A DNA stretch of 63,943 nucleotides, the filler included, from Aduncisulcus paluster (lineage: Eukaryota): assembly GCA_024181965.1 (NCBI GenBank). It is 5 parts of 5 records of this genome, joined end to end, with 100 filler letters (N's around TTAATTAATTAA, not from the genome) between each part and the next. Parts side by side here need not be neighbours in the genome. Positions count along the whole stretch, not along the records: positions 31,655 to 47,980 come from BQXS01010813.1; 4 more parts are not named here. One strand, written 5' to 3'. Positions 32,152 to 42,800 of the stretch are shown in pieces (within the stretch, counting starts at the first letter, position 1; each line of letters opens with the position of its first letter). The notes under the pieces were generated by a model that worked only from the letters and a program-made list of their open reading frames with translations, ran no database searches and was not told where the DNA came from. The position numbers and the translations under genes were made by a program.

Positions 32152-33729
32152 TCACTTGCGCACTTTTCTCCTTCTCTTTCTCCTCACTTTCCTGATCTCT
32201 TCTCCGCCCTTTGCATTATGCCTTTTCTTTTTGGACATGGCTTCCATCGCACTCCCAATTCTAACATCCTCCACAACAGTATCATCCTCGAAGGCACGGT
32301 TATACGCAACAGCCACATCTCTAGCCCCAAGGCGTTCAATCCCATTCCATGACATTCCCATATCACGCATACCTTCTCCATGTGGACCCTTGATTAGGCT
32401 GTAATCAGAGCATTCAAGTGGATGGCGAGATGAATGAGAAGAAGATGAGCTTGATATCATCGACTTTCCACTGCTTACGCCTGCACCAATTGGTCGAAGA
32501 ACGGCATGGGTTGAGAACGAATGGGAAGATGTCGATGTCGAGGAAGAGCGTTCCCTGAGAGAGTTGGATGCTCCTCTAACTCCACCAAGACCACGTTGAA
32601 GGAGGTTCTTATGGGTGGGAGAAAGGGAGAAGGTGTGTGAAGATATGGGCAAGGGGCCAGTCAACGACAGTTCTTCATCCTTGTTTGAGATAGACAACGA
32701 GAGAGCACTGGCAAGCATTGAAGACGAAAGCATAGATAAAGTTTGCCCAAGAGGAGTCTGGTCTCGAGCTGAATCATCGATCGAACGTGCAGATATATCA
32801 GAGGACGAAGAAGCTGCGGGGAGAACTAAAGAATCCGTTGGATTAGATTCTTTAGTATCTTTGGTATCTTTTGTGTCCTTATCAAGCTCTTTATCATCAG
32901 CATGTTCCTCTTCTTCCTCTTCGTCTTTCTTTTCTTCTTTATCAACGCCCTCTTCTTCATCTTTTTCTTCTTCGTCTTTTTCTTCTTCATCTCCACTCTG
33001 TTTATCTTCGGATTCTTTATCAGTAGAGGAACTTTGTTTCACAAGATCTTCCACATCTTCAATGTCAGCCCCAGTAGTAATGGTATCTCTGACTTCAACC
33101 CGAGATTTCTTATCAGAACCGGGTAACGAATATGTTGAGGTAAAAACTGACTCCCATATATCACGGTGCAAGGTTTCAAATAGAGATTTGGAGAAAGGAA
33201 TTGTGAAAGGGTTGTAATTCATCATAATCTCCTCATTAACACCTGTAATGTTAGCAGGAGTGGGTTCAGCGTGATGCTGCATATAAAAGGCATCTTCTTC
33301 TTGCTCAGCTTCACCATCTTCACTAAGTTTCATGCCTCCATCTTCAACAACGTGATGTCCATCAGATAAATCAAGTTCTTGATCTTCTTCATTATCAATA
33401 AACTGATCTTCAATGCCTAAATCACCAGCAGCTTTCACTATATCCATTAGGGAATTTGTTGCATCATCTCTGTCAGAGATTTCAAGTGGTTCATCGATTT
33501 TTTCTTCACTTTCTTTTATGTCAGTCGAATTAGCCTTTTTCTCTATTTTGTCTGATTTATCATCCTCTTTTGGTTTCGTTTCAATGTCTTTTTTCTCCTC
33601 TGGAGCTGGTTGGCTGGACTGTTTGGAAGTATCGCCAGTTTTCTTTGTTGATTCAGGTTTTGATGGTTCTTTGGATCCTTCTACCTGAACAGATTCCTTA
33701 TCTTTTACGGATTCTGCTTCTTGACTCAT
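32152..33729 (-). CDS. Acidic low-complexity protein, probably nuclear (possible split histone fold)
   Basis: 525-aa ORF with E/D/K/S tracts and a C-terminal basic NLS-like tail (KKKRH...RKVRRKRRRKVRK). Confidence 0.8.
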   Translation of the reverse strand: MSQEAESVKDKESVQVEGSKEPSKPESTKKTGDTSKQSSQPAPEEKKDIETKPKEDDKSDKIEKKANSTDIKESEEKIDEPLEISDRDDATNSLMDIVKAAGDLGIEDQFIDNEEDQELDLSDGHHVVEDGGMKLSEDGEAEQEEDAFYMQHHAEPTPANITGVNEEIMMNYNPFTIPFSKSLFETLHRDIWESVFTSTYSLPGSDKKSRVEVRDTITTGADIEDVEDLVKQSSSTDKESEDKQSGDEEEKDEEEKDEEEGVDKEEKKDEEEEEEHADDKELDKDTKDTKDTKESNPTDSLVLPAASSSSDISARSIDDSARDQTPLGQTLSMLSSSMLASALSLSISNKDEELSLTGPLPISSHTFSLSPTHKNLLQRGLGGVRGASNSLRERSSSTSTSSHSFSTHAVLRPIGAGVSSGKSMISSSSSSHSSRHPLECSDYSLIKGPHGEGMRDMGMSWNGIERLGARDVAVAYNRAFEDDTVVEDVRIGSAMEAMSKKKRHNAKGGEEIRKVRRKRRRKVRK

Positions 33730-33932
33730 GAATTAGTGTGTGTCAAGGGAAAATGAGATTTTTTATTAAGAGAGAATTAATGGAACCGTTGAATATTATA
33801 ATATTATTACAAATGGAACCAATATTATATTTAAATTTATTAAATAAATATTAAGAAATAAATACGGGATTTAAGAGAAATCACCAGAAAAATAGAAAAT
33901 CAACTTGGTACACCTATTATCGTCACTATCTA

Positions 33933-35114
33933 TTAACACATCTTTGATATTTTTAAAATATTCTTTATCCACTCGGCAATGGATGTCGCGAAAGTCTTCC
34001 ATCTTGGATCAAGCATAATATCGTGTTCACATCCATCTAAAGGCAAGAATTTATAAGCATGTTTCATATAATATTCATCGCATGAACTTCTCTTCTTGTG
34101 TGTCCATTTTTCCAACAGAGACAGACCCCTTGAAAACATATGTTTTTCCATATCTTTTCTTTGATCAACATAGAGATTGCATTCTCCTTTCCAAATATCA
34201 TTCAACTTTCCAAAGAGTTCCTGACCACCAGAATACAAACATTGGCTATCCACAGTACCTTGAACAAGAAGAAGTGCTGGGGAGATGGAGGCTGAGTGGG
34301 TAAGAAGATGGGAATATACTGGTTTTGAAAGAGAACCCTTACTCAATGCTTTGATAACATCTTCTTCGGGCTCTTCTTCAAGATCTCGTTTCCATTGCTT
34401 TGTCCTTTTGATTTCATTGGTTTCAATATCACCAATCATCTTCTTAATAGCCTTCGGGAATACGAATGAAGGCATCATACAAGACTTTGCCGGAACTAAT
34501 CGACAATAAAGTTTATCATCACATGGGGCAGGTAGAAGCTTGGGATCAGGGGTGAACTCTCCTGCAGGCCTTTCAATATGGAATGATGGAGCAAAAAATG
34601 ATAACATTGGGAGAGCCGCTTTCATGGTTATAGGATTCTTAATAACATCACCAATTGTATAAACTGGTGCCATAGAAATAACACCTCCATCTTTATGACA
34701 TTCGGGATGACGTTTAGCAAGGAGAAGAACGAGGCCTCCTCCAAGGGAATGGCCAAGAGTAAAGTGAGGGAGGGAGGCTAATTCAGAAGAGGCCATAATA
34801 ACATGGTTATGGACATGAACCATAACATCAATCCAATTATCAATACCAAGACATGAACCAGTGAGTTTTTTATCGTCGAAACCAAAGGAGCCACCGTGCC
34901 CAATTTGAGAAAATGAGATGCATCGAGCCTTCAAAGTATCACATAAATGTCTCAAAAAATGAGGATGATTCCTTCCAGATCCACAAAAACCATGAGCATT
35001 GAGTATTGTAACCTTGGGTGAAGATCCAAGACAGTGATGGTCAAAAACACGGATCTTTACATTTTTACCCTTATAAGGGAAGTCAATATTATATTCAGTT
35101 GTTTCGACAACCAT
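33933..35114 (-). CDS. Alpha/beta hydrolase (monoacylglycerol lipase/lysophospholipase-like)
   Basis: HGF oxyanion motif, GHGGS, nucleophile elbow GHSLGG, LLVQGTVD acid and EHDI histidine: catalytic triad intact. Confidence 0.9.
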   Translation of the reverse strand: MVVETTEYNIDFPYKGKNVKIRVFDHHCLGSSPKVTILNAHGFCGSGRNHPHFLRHLCDTLKARCISFSQIGHGGSFGFDDKKLTGSCLGIDNWIDVMVHVHNHVIMASSELASLPHFTLGHSLGGGLVLLLAKRHPECHKDGGVISMAPVYTIGDVIKNPITMKAALPMLSFFAPSFHIERPAGEFTPDPKLLPAPCDDKLYCRLVPAKSCMMPSFVFPKAIKKMIGDIETNEIKRTKQWKRDLEEEPEEDVIKALSKGSLSKPVYSHLLTHSASISPALLLVQGTVDSQCLYSGGQELFGKLNDIWKGECNLYVDQRKDMEKHMFSRGLSLLEKWTHKKRSSCDEYYMKHAYKFLPLDGCEHDIMLDPRWKTFATSIAEWIKNILKISKMC

Positions 35115-35315
35115 TAAATTTACAATATTATCAATAAAGTTGTTAGATTTCGAGAAAACTGGGTTTCGATTGGAATCGTTGAAGGGGGCATACTAATAAA
35201 TCTGGAAAGCATGAAAAAAACAATTACTCAACGATTTTTATTATTTTTTATTTATTGTTCAATGACAAAAAATGAATACAATCTAAAGTGTTGACCATAA
35301 TACGTACCATCGAAG

Positions 35316-36020
35316 TTAGACAAGTCCAGCTCCCATATCGTCCAATAATTGGCTATATTTTGAACCCCGAGAAGGAGTAAATGAAACGTCCCATCCTTCT
35401 AACTCTTTCTCGATCTTTTCTTTAATAGTTTCGATTGGACAATCACCAGTACACTTATCATGCAGAGTTATCACTTTTTTCCGAGGTAATTTATCGGGAT
35501 CGATCAAACAGCCCAACTCATATCTCTCACTTGATGGAAGTATTGCATGGTCGAGTTGCAAAGAAAGATCACGCCATTTGAAACACATACGATTTGTAAC
35601 CATTCGACCAACAATATCGGGCGGTGCTGAGAATGTGGATCTCATGATTTCAGATTTCTCATAAATATCTGCAATTGAAAATGGATCAGAGGAGGAAGAG
35701 TCCGAAGATTTGGTAGGAGGGGTAACATCAATTTCTTCTTCTTCCTCTTCCGACTTAAGGAGGCCAGATGTAAAACACTCTTTTCTTTTCTTTGTAATTA
35801 AGCACTTATTAAAGTTATCATTGATGAATCTAGCACGAATCACTAATTGAGACGTGGGAGGAGTGAAGAACAGGTTGGATTGCTTCTCAAATTGGACACC
35901 GGGGAAAAACCGATCATTTCTATCATCATAAACAGAAAAGACTGTCTGTGCTGTCATAAAATCTCTCTTTGATAGGAATAAGAGCTTAATCTTACATTCA
36001 TCCTTTTTGACAACAGTCAT
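35316..36020 (-). CDS. CYTH / triphosphate tunnel metalloenzyme (TTM3-like) domain protein
   Basis: ECKIKL (ExExK-like), QSNLFF, IRARF, SEEEE, R.CFKW..LQLD, YELGC and terminal SKY follow the CYTH motif order. Confidence 0.7.
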   Translation of the reverse strand: MTVVKKDECKIKLLFLSKRDFMTAQTVFSVYDDRNDRFFPGVQFEKQSNLFFTPPTSQLVIRARFINDNFNKCLITKKRKECFTSGLLKSEEEEEEIDVTPPTKSSDSSSSDPFSIADIYEKSEIMRSTFSAPPDIVGRMVTNRMCFKWRDLSLQLDHAILPSSERYELGCLIDPDKLPRKKVITLHDKCTGDCPIETIKEKIEKELEGWDVSFTPSRGSKYSQLLDDMGAGLV

Positions 36021-36297
36021 ATTAATATATCAATAATTTAGAAGAATGGAGGAATAGATAGAGATGGAAACGAAAGAAAGATATTATAAAATTATAAAAT
36101 TACTAAATCTGATGTTAAGTATGAATAGTGTTGCAGGTAGATTTGAGAAAATAAAAAGGTCTTTAAAAAACAAAGATATATCAAAATAGTATCAATAAAA
36201 TGACACTCAATAAAATTGTTTTTAATCAATTTCACGAAGAGGGAAAACCTTACGAAGTATTTGGTTTGAGAGAGTAAAAAGATCATGTCAATCAACA

Positions 36298-36771
36298 TCA
36301 CAAAATATCTGAATATAATTGTATTTCAAGATTTTTGGCTTGTAATATCTTAAGTTGGTCAATAATATTTCCGCTAAAACCATAATCCCGTTTTAACTCC
36401 GCCTCAACCTTCGCAGTTTCTTCAGATATGTGATGGAAAATCTTTTCCACTTCTTTTACAGGTGTAATATCGGGTATTTCATCAATTTTCACAATAATTT
36501 GTTTATAAAGTTTCAATACTGCATCAACATGCTCCCTTATTTGATCATCAGTAAACCCAGACAATTGTTGGATAGCCCAATACTGTTCTGCTTGACCCCT
36601 CTTCCATGAAGAGGTCGATAAATCGAATAAATCGTCAGATCCAAGGGAAAAAATCCTACGAATTATATTTCTAAACTCACCAAGCATCTTTGACATGAGA
36701 TTTTGTAATTCAGTGACTAAATCAGTCTTAATTTGACAAAATACCTTTTCCTGAAGTTTCACTCGTTTCAT
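36298..36771 (-). CDS. MED21: Mediator subunit Med21 (Srb7)-like
   Basis: TDLVTELQNLMSKM..EF ~ xDRLTQLQD.V..L..QF; KQIIVKIDEIP ~ KDIDxLIDSLP; C-terminal coiled coil; 157 aa. Confidence 0.55.
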   Translation of the reverse strand: MKRVKLQEKVFCQIKTDLVTELQNLMSKMLGEFRNIIRRIFSLGSDDLFDLSTSSWKRGQAEQYWAIQQLSGFTDDQIREHVDAVLKLYKQIIVKIDEIPDITPVKEVEKIFHHISEETAKVEAELKRDYGFSGNIIDQLKILQAKNLEIQLYSDIL

Positions 36772-37019
36772 ATCTCTGAATAATGATTTGGAACAAAAAT
36801 ATTATGTTGAGATACGAGAAGAAAATCGTGATTTCGAGTCCAAATCTTAGAATCGAATGGGATTTAATCAATCGGAGCAATACGATAAAGAAAATATAAT
36901 ATCCTTGGAATTTTTGCCCTTCAGTATTGTCATAGTTTTGTGCAACCGCATTTTGTTGTGCACACTTGCCTCAACCCCCTTTTTTCTTGCGAACGACAAT
37001 AATATAATAGAAAAAATCG

Positions 37020-38292
37020 ATGGAAATATTAACAAATATATCAGACACAAATGAATTTGGTGCAATTTTTTCGGGGCAAATTGATAAAGTCGAAGTATGT
37101 AACATTTTCCCTTTTTGATCAGTTTGAATGGTTTTTGAAGGAAATGATTAATATATCTTTTTTATATTAGGGGGATTTTGGCAAGGATTTATATTGCCGA
37201 TATTCAATTGTAGCAGGAATTGACTGGATTAAAATTAATGGAGATACTGAAGGTATTAGTCAAGTTTCAAATCAAGCAATCCGAGAATTTAGTACAAAAT
37301 TACCAAGTCAATCAATTTATTCCTTTGGTCTTCCGATATCCACAACATATAAAGCCACAAATTTATTCGGTTGGCCTCGATTGGTATTTGGTCTATATGG
37401 CAGAGATTGGCTGAATAGAGATATTGCAAAAGGATATGGCAGTGTATTACTTCCTGTAATGCCTGGAAAACATTCCTTATCAGTTTCTGTCTTTCGTCCT
37501 GTAGTTGGTTCTCCATTTGAGCGTTTTCTTCGGTGGGTTGCCGGTGCCCCTCCCGAGTTTAAATCCCTTGCATTTCTCGCTGGGACTGATGGAAGGAATG
37601 CCGTATCCTCTGTTAGTGAAGGAAAGCTCACCCTCACTGTTCATTCCACTCTCTTCCCTCCTCCTGGTTCCTCTTCTTCCATTAGTACTGGTATTGGGGG
37701 ACCCATTGGAGGCAAGACAGGTCGTTCACGCGGGTTAGGTAGTTTGAAACATACTCTATCCTCACTGTCTCCAAAGAAAGGTAAAGACCCCGCAATTTCA
37801 GCCATTCATGAACATGCCAAACAATTGACTCAGAGTTTCTTACATCGCAAACCCCTTTCTTCAGAGGAGAAAGATACGAAAGTGAGCCCCAGAATATCTC
37901 ATAAATCAAAGGAAGGCAAGGAAGCTCCTTCTTCGACGACAAAAACTGAAAGGGGAGGTCACAGACGGGAATCCTCTTTCAAAGTTGATCAGTTGAAGCA
38001 ATCTACATCCACGGAAGATGGAGGGAGAGAGAGAGAGAGCAGCCGACAACCACCAAGCCTGGAAAAGACCATTCTGACAAGGGATTCTAGTCGAGTTCAG
38101 GATATGTCAATGTTATCTGTGTCAAAATTAAGCGATGAAGCAAAAGAAATACCAAAGAGGAAACCAAAACAGAGGAGTGGACCGTCATTGGCTCCATTAT
38201 CAACAAAGACTATCCTAAACCTTAAGAATGCTTTCAGACCAAAACGGAGAGAATCTTCTCGTTCAAGAGATGAATCAGAAAAGGAAACATAA
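37020..38292 (+). CDS. B9D1: B9-domain ciliary transition-zone protein B9D1 (exons 37020-37094 and 37171-38292)
   Basis: Spliced translation gives FSGQIDKVE|GDFGKDLYCRYSIVAGIDW...EGISQ...YKATNLFGWPRLV..LYGRD...DIAKGYG.V.LP..PGKH...W..G.PPEF, matching B9D1. Intron GTATGT...TTAG is 76 nt and keeps frame. Confidence 0.88.
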
Positions 38293-38467
38293 TAAAAATC
38301 AACGATAAATACTCAGTATGACCGGATTAACCGGTATTTTACCGTTTCAAATTTCGACCAGAAACTCGAACATAAAGAAAGGAAGAATCGAATCAAAAAA
38401 ACGACATTTATTGAAAAAAATTAAAATTCTTAAATATTATGTTTATAAACCATCATATACTCTATGT

Positions 38468-39646
38468 TCACCCATGGGAGAATATTTGAACCATTTCCAA
38501 CAATTTAGACACACAATCGGCATATTCGACAAATTCTGACATCTCTGAATCGAATAATTCTCCAATTACACAACTTCCAAGTCCGATATCGTGAATTTTG
38601 AGCTTTGATTCAACTTCGGTACTCTCCGAACTTGAAAAATATCGTTTTCCAGATCGCATTCGGCCCTTTCGTTCATCAAATTCTTCTAAAATATCTTGAA
38701 TCCTTTCTTGCCGACACATATCATCTCCATAATCGAAATCTTGCAACACACTCACAATTTCCATTTTTGAAATTTCATCAATTTGTGTATTCGTGAAAAA
38801 TGAAGGCTGGCCAACGAGCTTACTCGAAGTAAGGGCGGGTAAATGCGCTGAAAATACGTCATATGGATTTGTTAATTTATCTATTATGGTTGAAGTTGAG
38901 AAAGTAAAAGATGGGAGAAACAATGCCGGAAGAGACCGTTGAGATCTGAATAATGAACGTTGTTTATGTCCATGGACAATAGATTGATCATGGGATCCAG
39001 ATAATGAAGGGAATTGATGAGGAGTTTGAGCAATTTTAATTGTTGATTGTTTTTGTTGCTGTTCTTGATGTGACAGATGAAGCTGTCTCTGTTGTTCGTG
39101 TGTATGCAATAAAGAATCATATTCAGCATGTTGAGAAACTACTGAGTCAAGATATCCATGCATACTATCGACGCCTTGAACAAATGGGGAAACAATGGGA
39201 TCCGTCCCCATATCAGCCGGAGATATGATGGTATATAGAGGAAGTGACTGTGAATCAATAAGATATGCAAGTGAAGATAAAAAAATCGACGGTAAGGAGG
39301 ATGTTATCTTCTTATCAATTTCTGAAGGCGACGACCGAGCAAACTTCGGCGAAAAATGTTTATATGCATTTAATAATGATTGTCCAATAGCATTTCCTAA
39401 TATGGGCGGATCATCTGGATCATGAAATAATGCAACAAAAAATTTATCATCCTCTCTACCTCGTACGAGAGAGATAGCTATATTATCTAATATTATATGA
39501 GATATTTCAGATAGGCATGATTGTTGAGATTTTTTAATAATAGCGGCAAGTAAAGGGGCAATAAGACCAACGTTCTGGGTGGATCGATATTTTTTAGAAT
39601 ATAAGGAAATACCACCATGAGAAACGATAAAAATTCCTCTTATCAT
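38468..39646 (-). CDS. N-terminal longin-domain protein (Fuzzy/Mon1-type first longin-like)
   Basis: MIRGIFIVSHGGISLYSK...LIAPLLAAI...ISHIIL...FFVALFHD...IGQSLLNAY fits the longin beta-beta-alpha-beta-beta-beta-alpha pattern. Confidence 0.6.
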   Translation of the reverse strand: MIRGIFIVSHGGISLYSKKYRSTQNVGLIAPLLAAIIKKSQQSCLSEISHIILDNIAISLVRGREDDKFFVALFHDPDDPPILGNAIGQSLLNAYKHFSPKFARSSPSEIDKKITSSLPSIFLSSLAYLIDSQSLPLYTIISPADMGTDPIVSPFVQGVDSMHGYLDSVVSQHAEYDSLLHTHEQQRQLHLSHQEQQQKQSTIKIAQTPHQFPSLSGSHDQSIVHGHKQRSLFRSQRSLPALFLPSFTFSTSTIIDKLTNPYDVFSAHLPALTSSKLVGQPSFFTNTQIDEISKMEIVSVLQDFDYGDDMCRQERIQDILEEFDERKGRMRSGKRYFSSSESTEVESKLKIHDIGLGSCVIGELFDSEMSEFVEYADCVSKLLEMVQIFSHG

Positions 39647-39848
39647 ATGAAAAACGTTTATAATATGATGCTAATCGGTTTCAGTGGTTGGCAAAATCCG
39701 AAGTTTATTTATCCCATTGATGTACATGTTCACTGAGATTTATTGACTTAATATACAAAATATGGCTTTTGTTGATTTCTAATATGAAATGATTTCATTT
39801 TATAAAAGCAGCTTCTAAGAGCCAAGCAAAACCAACATTTTCCTCGAC

Positions 39849-42800
39849 ATGAAAGACAATACAGAAACATTATGGGTGAGTGATAGAGTTGATCTTTCTT
39901 CCTTTGATCAACAATCCCGTTTAATCACCGATTACTCTCCTTCTGAAAATCGTTTGGCGGTTGCGGGTGAAGGAAAGGTAAACATCTTTCAAGTATGTTC
40001 ATTTTTTATTTTACTGATTCGATTAATATAAAATTATCTTACAAAACATTTTGCCTTTCTCAATTTCTATAGACAAATGCTTTTGGTCAATATCAACCCT
40101 TACCACACCTTGTTTTAAAAAGAGAATTAAAAATTGTTAGAATATCATGGCATCCAATTTATCCTGTGATAGCTGTTGCCTGGGAAGGCGGCACATTATC
40201 CCTTTGGGACCTTCGTACCGAAAAAACACTTGATGATACAGTTAGGCATGAAGGTTCAAATATTTCATTCTTACAATGGGCGTGTAATGGAAAAAGATTG
40301 ATATCAGGTGATACTCACGGTTCAGTTATCGTATGGGCTGTATATTGTCCTGAAAATGAACAACAGGAACAATATCCCCTTTATTTAGAAGCTCTCAAAG
40401 ATTATAAAAAGGATAAAGCAGGTGCTGCAAAATATTGTGTTGTTAGATCCCTCGATCAGAGCGGGGCTCTACGTCCAGATCTCTGTGGTATGACTTGGGA
40501 GGCGTATGGTGACGAATATCTGTCTGTCGCAGAATTCATTGAGGATGATGCGCGTAATGTTGAGATTGATTTTGTCGTTGCCTTTGAAAATGGTTTGGTA
40601 ATGCTCTGTGATGACCATGGTCGGTTCTCCAATGCTTTTTCAATGGGAACAACTCCAATCGCCCTATTATATTGGACCTTCAAGGACTCTATCGTATGTG
40701 TATCCAAGGATGGACTTCTCACGGTCCATGCCTACAAGCAGACTAATTCGAGTCTCAAGGTCATTCAACAACGTAAGGTCACCATTAACATTCCAAAACC
40801 ATCCGAGACTTCTATTCGTGCCGATTCTCGTGGAATGTCCGTCGTGTGGGCTGGTCCTTCTTCGATAGCAACAACTGGAGGCAAAGATATAAGAATATGG
40901 AGTCTCATTGACGAATCTGTCGTTGTTCTGAATTTGAGTGCCCTTCAAATACATAGTATCATGGCAGGAATGGAGATCGTTGAGTCGGACAGGTGGGATG
41001 AAGATGATGTTGATTTCATCCAAAAGGAGAGTGCCTTGTTCAAGAAAAGAGTGCAGACCCGATTCAAAGATCTTTCGTGGCACCAGGAAAAACAGTGTTT
41101 GTGTGCACAACTGCTTTGTACGTCTTCCCCAAGGAAGAAACATACAAGGAAAGATGGGGAAGGAAATACTTTCATTAAAACCACTCAGATGCAAGCTGTA
41201 GCCGTGTGGGAGAGTATTGGAATGCCAGGAGCAGAGATTATGGGCATTGTGAATATAGACTTAGGTGAAGGGAAAGAGTCTACTGGAAAGAAGGAATCAA
41301 CCGAGAGTTTTGCCAGTGGTAGTGACTCTACCCCTTCATTCTCTCCTCTTGCCTCACTTCCAACAATGCCTTCCTTGGCCGCATCTGCTCTCTTATCGCT
41401 TCACAAGGAGAAGAAAGAAGTTCTTGAGGGTGAACTGAACTTTTCTGTTGTTCTTGGGCAAGAAGCAGATGAAGACGATGACGGTGATCCAGAGTATGCA
41501 TCATACTTATCCCTTGTGCCAAAACGTATCTTCTTGTCCTCCATTCCTTCAGGACCTCTGATATGCTCTGTGGAGGGTACTCCTGATCTGTTCATTCTTT
41601 CTCCACATCGTCCTATCGTTGCCTCATCCCCAAGTGGTCGTTATGCATGTGTTCAACGGGGGAAGAATCTTCTCAATCTGTACGGAAATAGCAACATCCC
41701 GATGCTTTCATCATCAGCTTCCTCCGAACCTCTCAAACTGCCCCTCGTGGCCTCTGATAGCACTCCTATTGCTGTAGATGGTGCTCCTCTTGCCAGAATA
41801 TCTCTCCCTTCGAGTCTCAATGCTCTATCTGCCATTGCTGTGTCTGAAGATGGGACTCTTGTAGTCTGTGTGTGTGGCAATGAGATTGTTCCTTACTCTG
41901 TGAGCTATAGCACTAAAAAGAACAAGTCAAGCGATGACTCTGGTACATCCAAGAAAGATTCGACCACAATTGAGGCCCATCCCCACATTCTGGATACGTC
42001 AGTGTCTGTTCGTGATATTAGACCTGCCCATAGCATCAAGACAGCCTCCTCTCCTCTTCGTTATGTTGCCATTGTCGGTGATGTCGTGTTCGTTGCCAAT
42101 AAGGAGAAGATATACCGTTTCGAGAGGATTCGCAGTTCAGACTTGGAAGTGGAGGATGAATTCAAACTGACATCAGCTGCTCCCTTCTCTCTTCCTCCTT
42201 CACCCTCATCTGGGGGTTTCTCCCAGAGTTTCCCTTCAACTATATATGTTCCTAACCATATAGCCTCTCTTAACGGGTGTGGAGACATCCTATGTGCATC
42301 TGATTGCTCTGGGAACTTCGCTGCGTGGAGAGTTCTCTCTGAGGCCAATGGACACCATGATCTCACGGCCTCTCTTCACCCTCACAGGCGTGACGATGAC
42401 ACGTTGACCAATCAGCTCCAGTCGTTCTCATCGAATTACATCACCTTATTGCCTCCTTTCAGCAATGGGTCTGGATCTGACACTTCAATTACGTCCTACT
42501 CGGTCGATTATCTCCGTGAGTCGCTGCTAATCAAGGAAGACAGGACAGAGGATGAAGAAGAACTTTCATTTACTTCATGTGTTCGTAATATATTTGTCAA
42601 CAAAGATGCCACTCATTATGCTATAACCTTTTATGAGGATTCAAACCCCTTATCCCGGACGGTAAGTCCTCTTCTTCTTATCCTGACGGTGAAAGACGAG
42701 GAAACCGACCCTATATCACGTCATTCACATGTCAAGGACAAGACAGAGTTTGAGGATGATGTCATATTTGACGATGACGATGATGTTTTTGTCGGATGTC

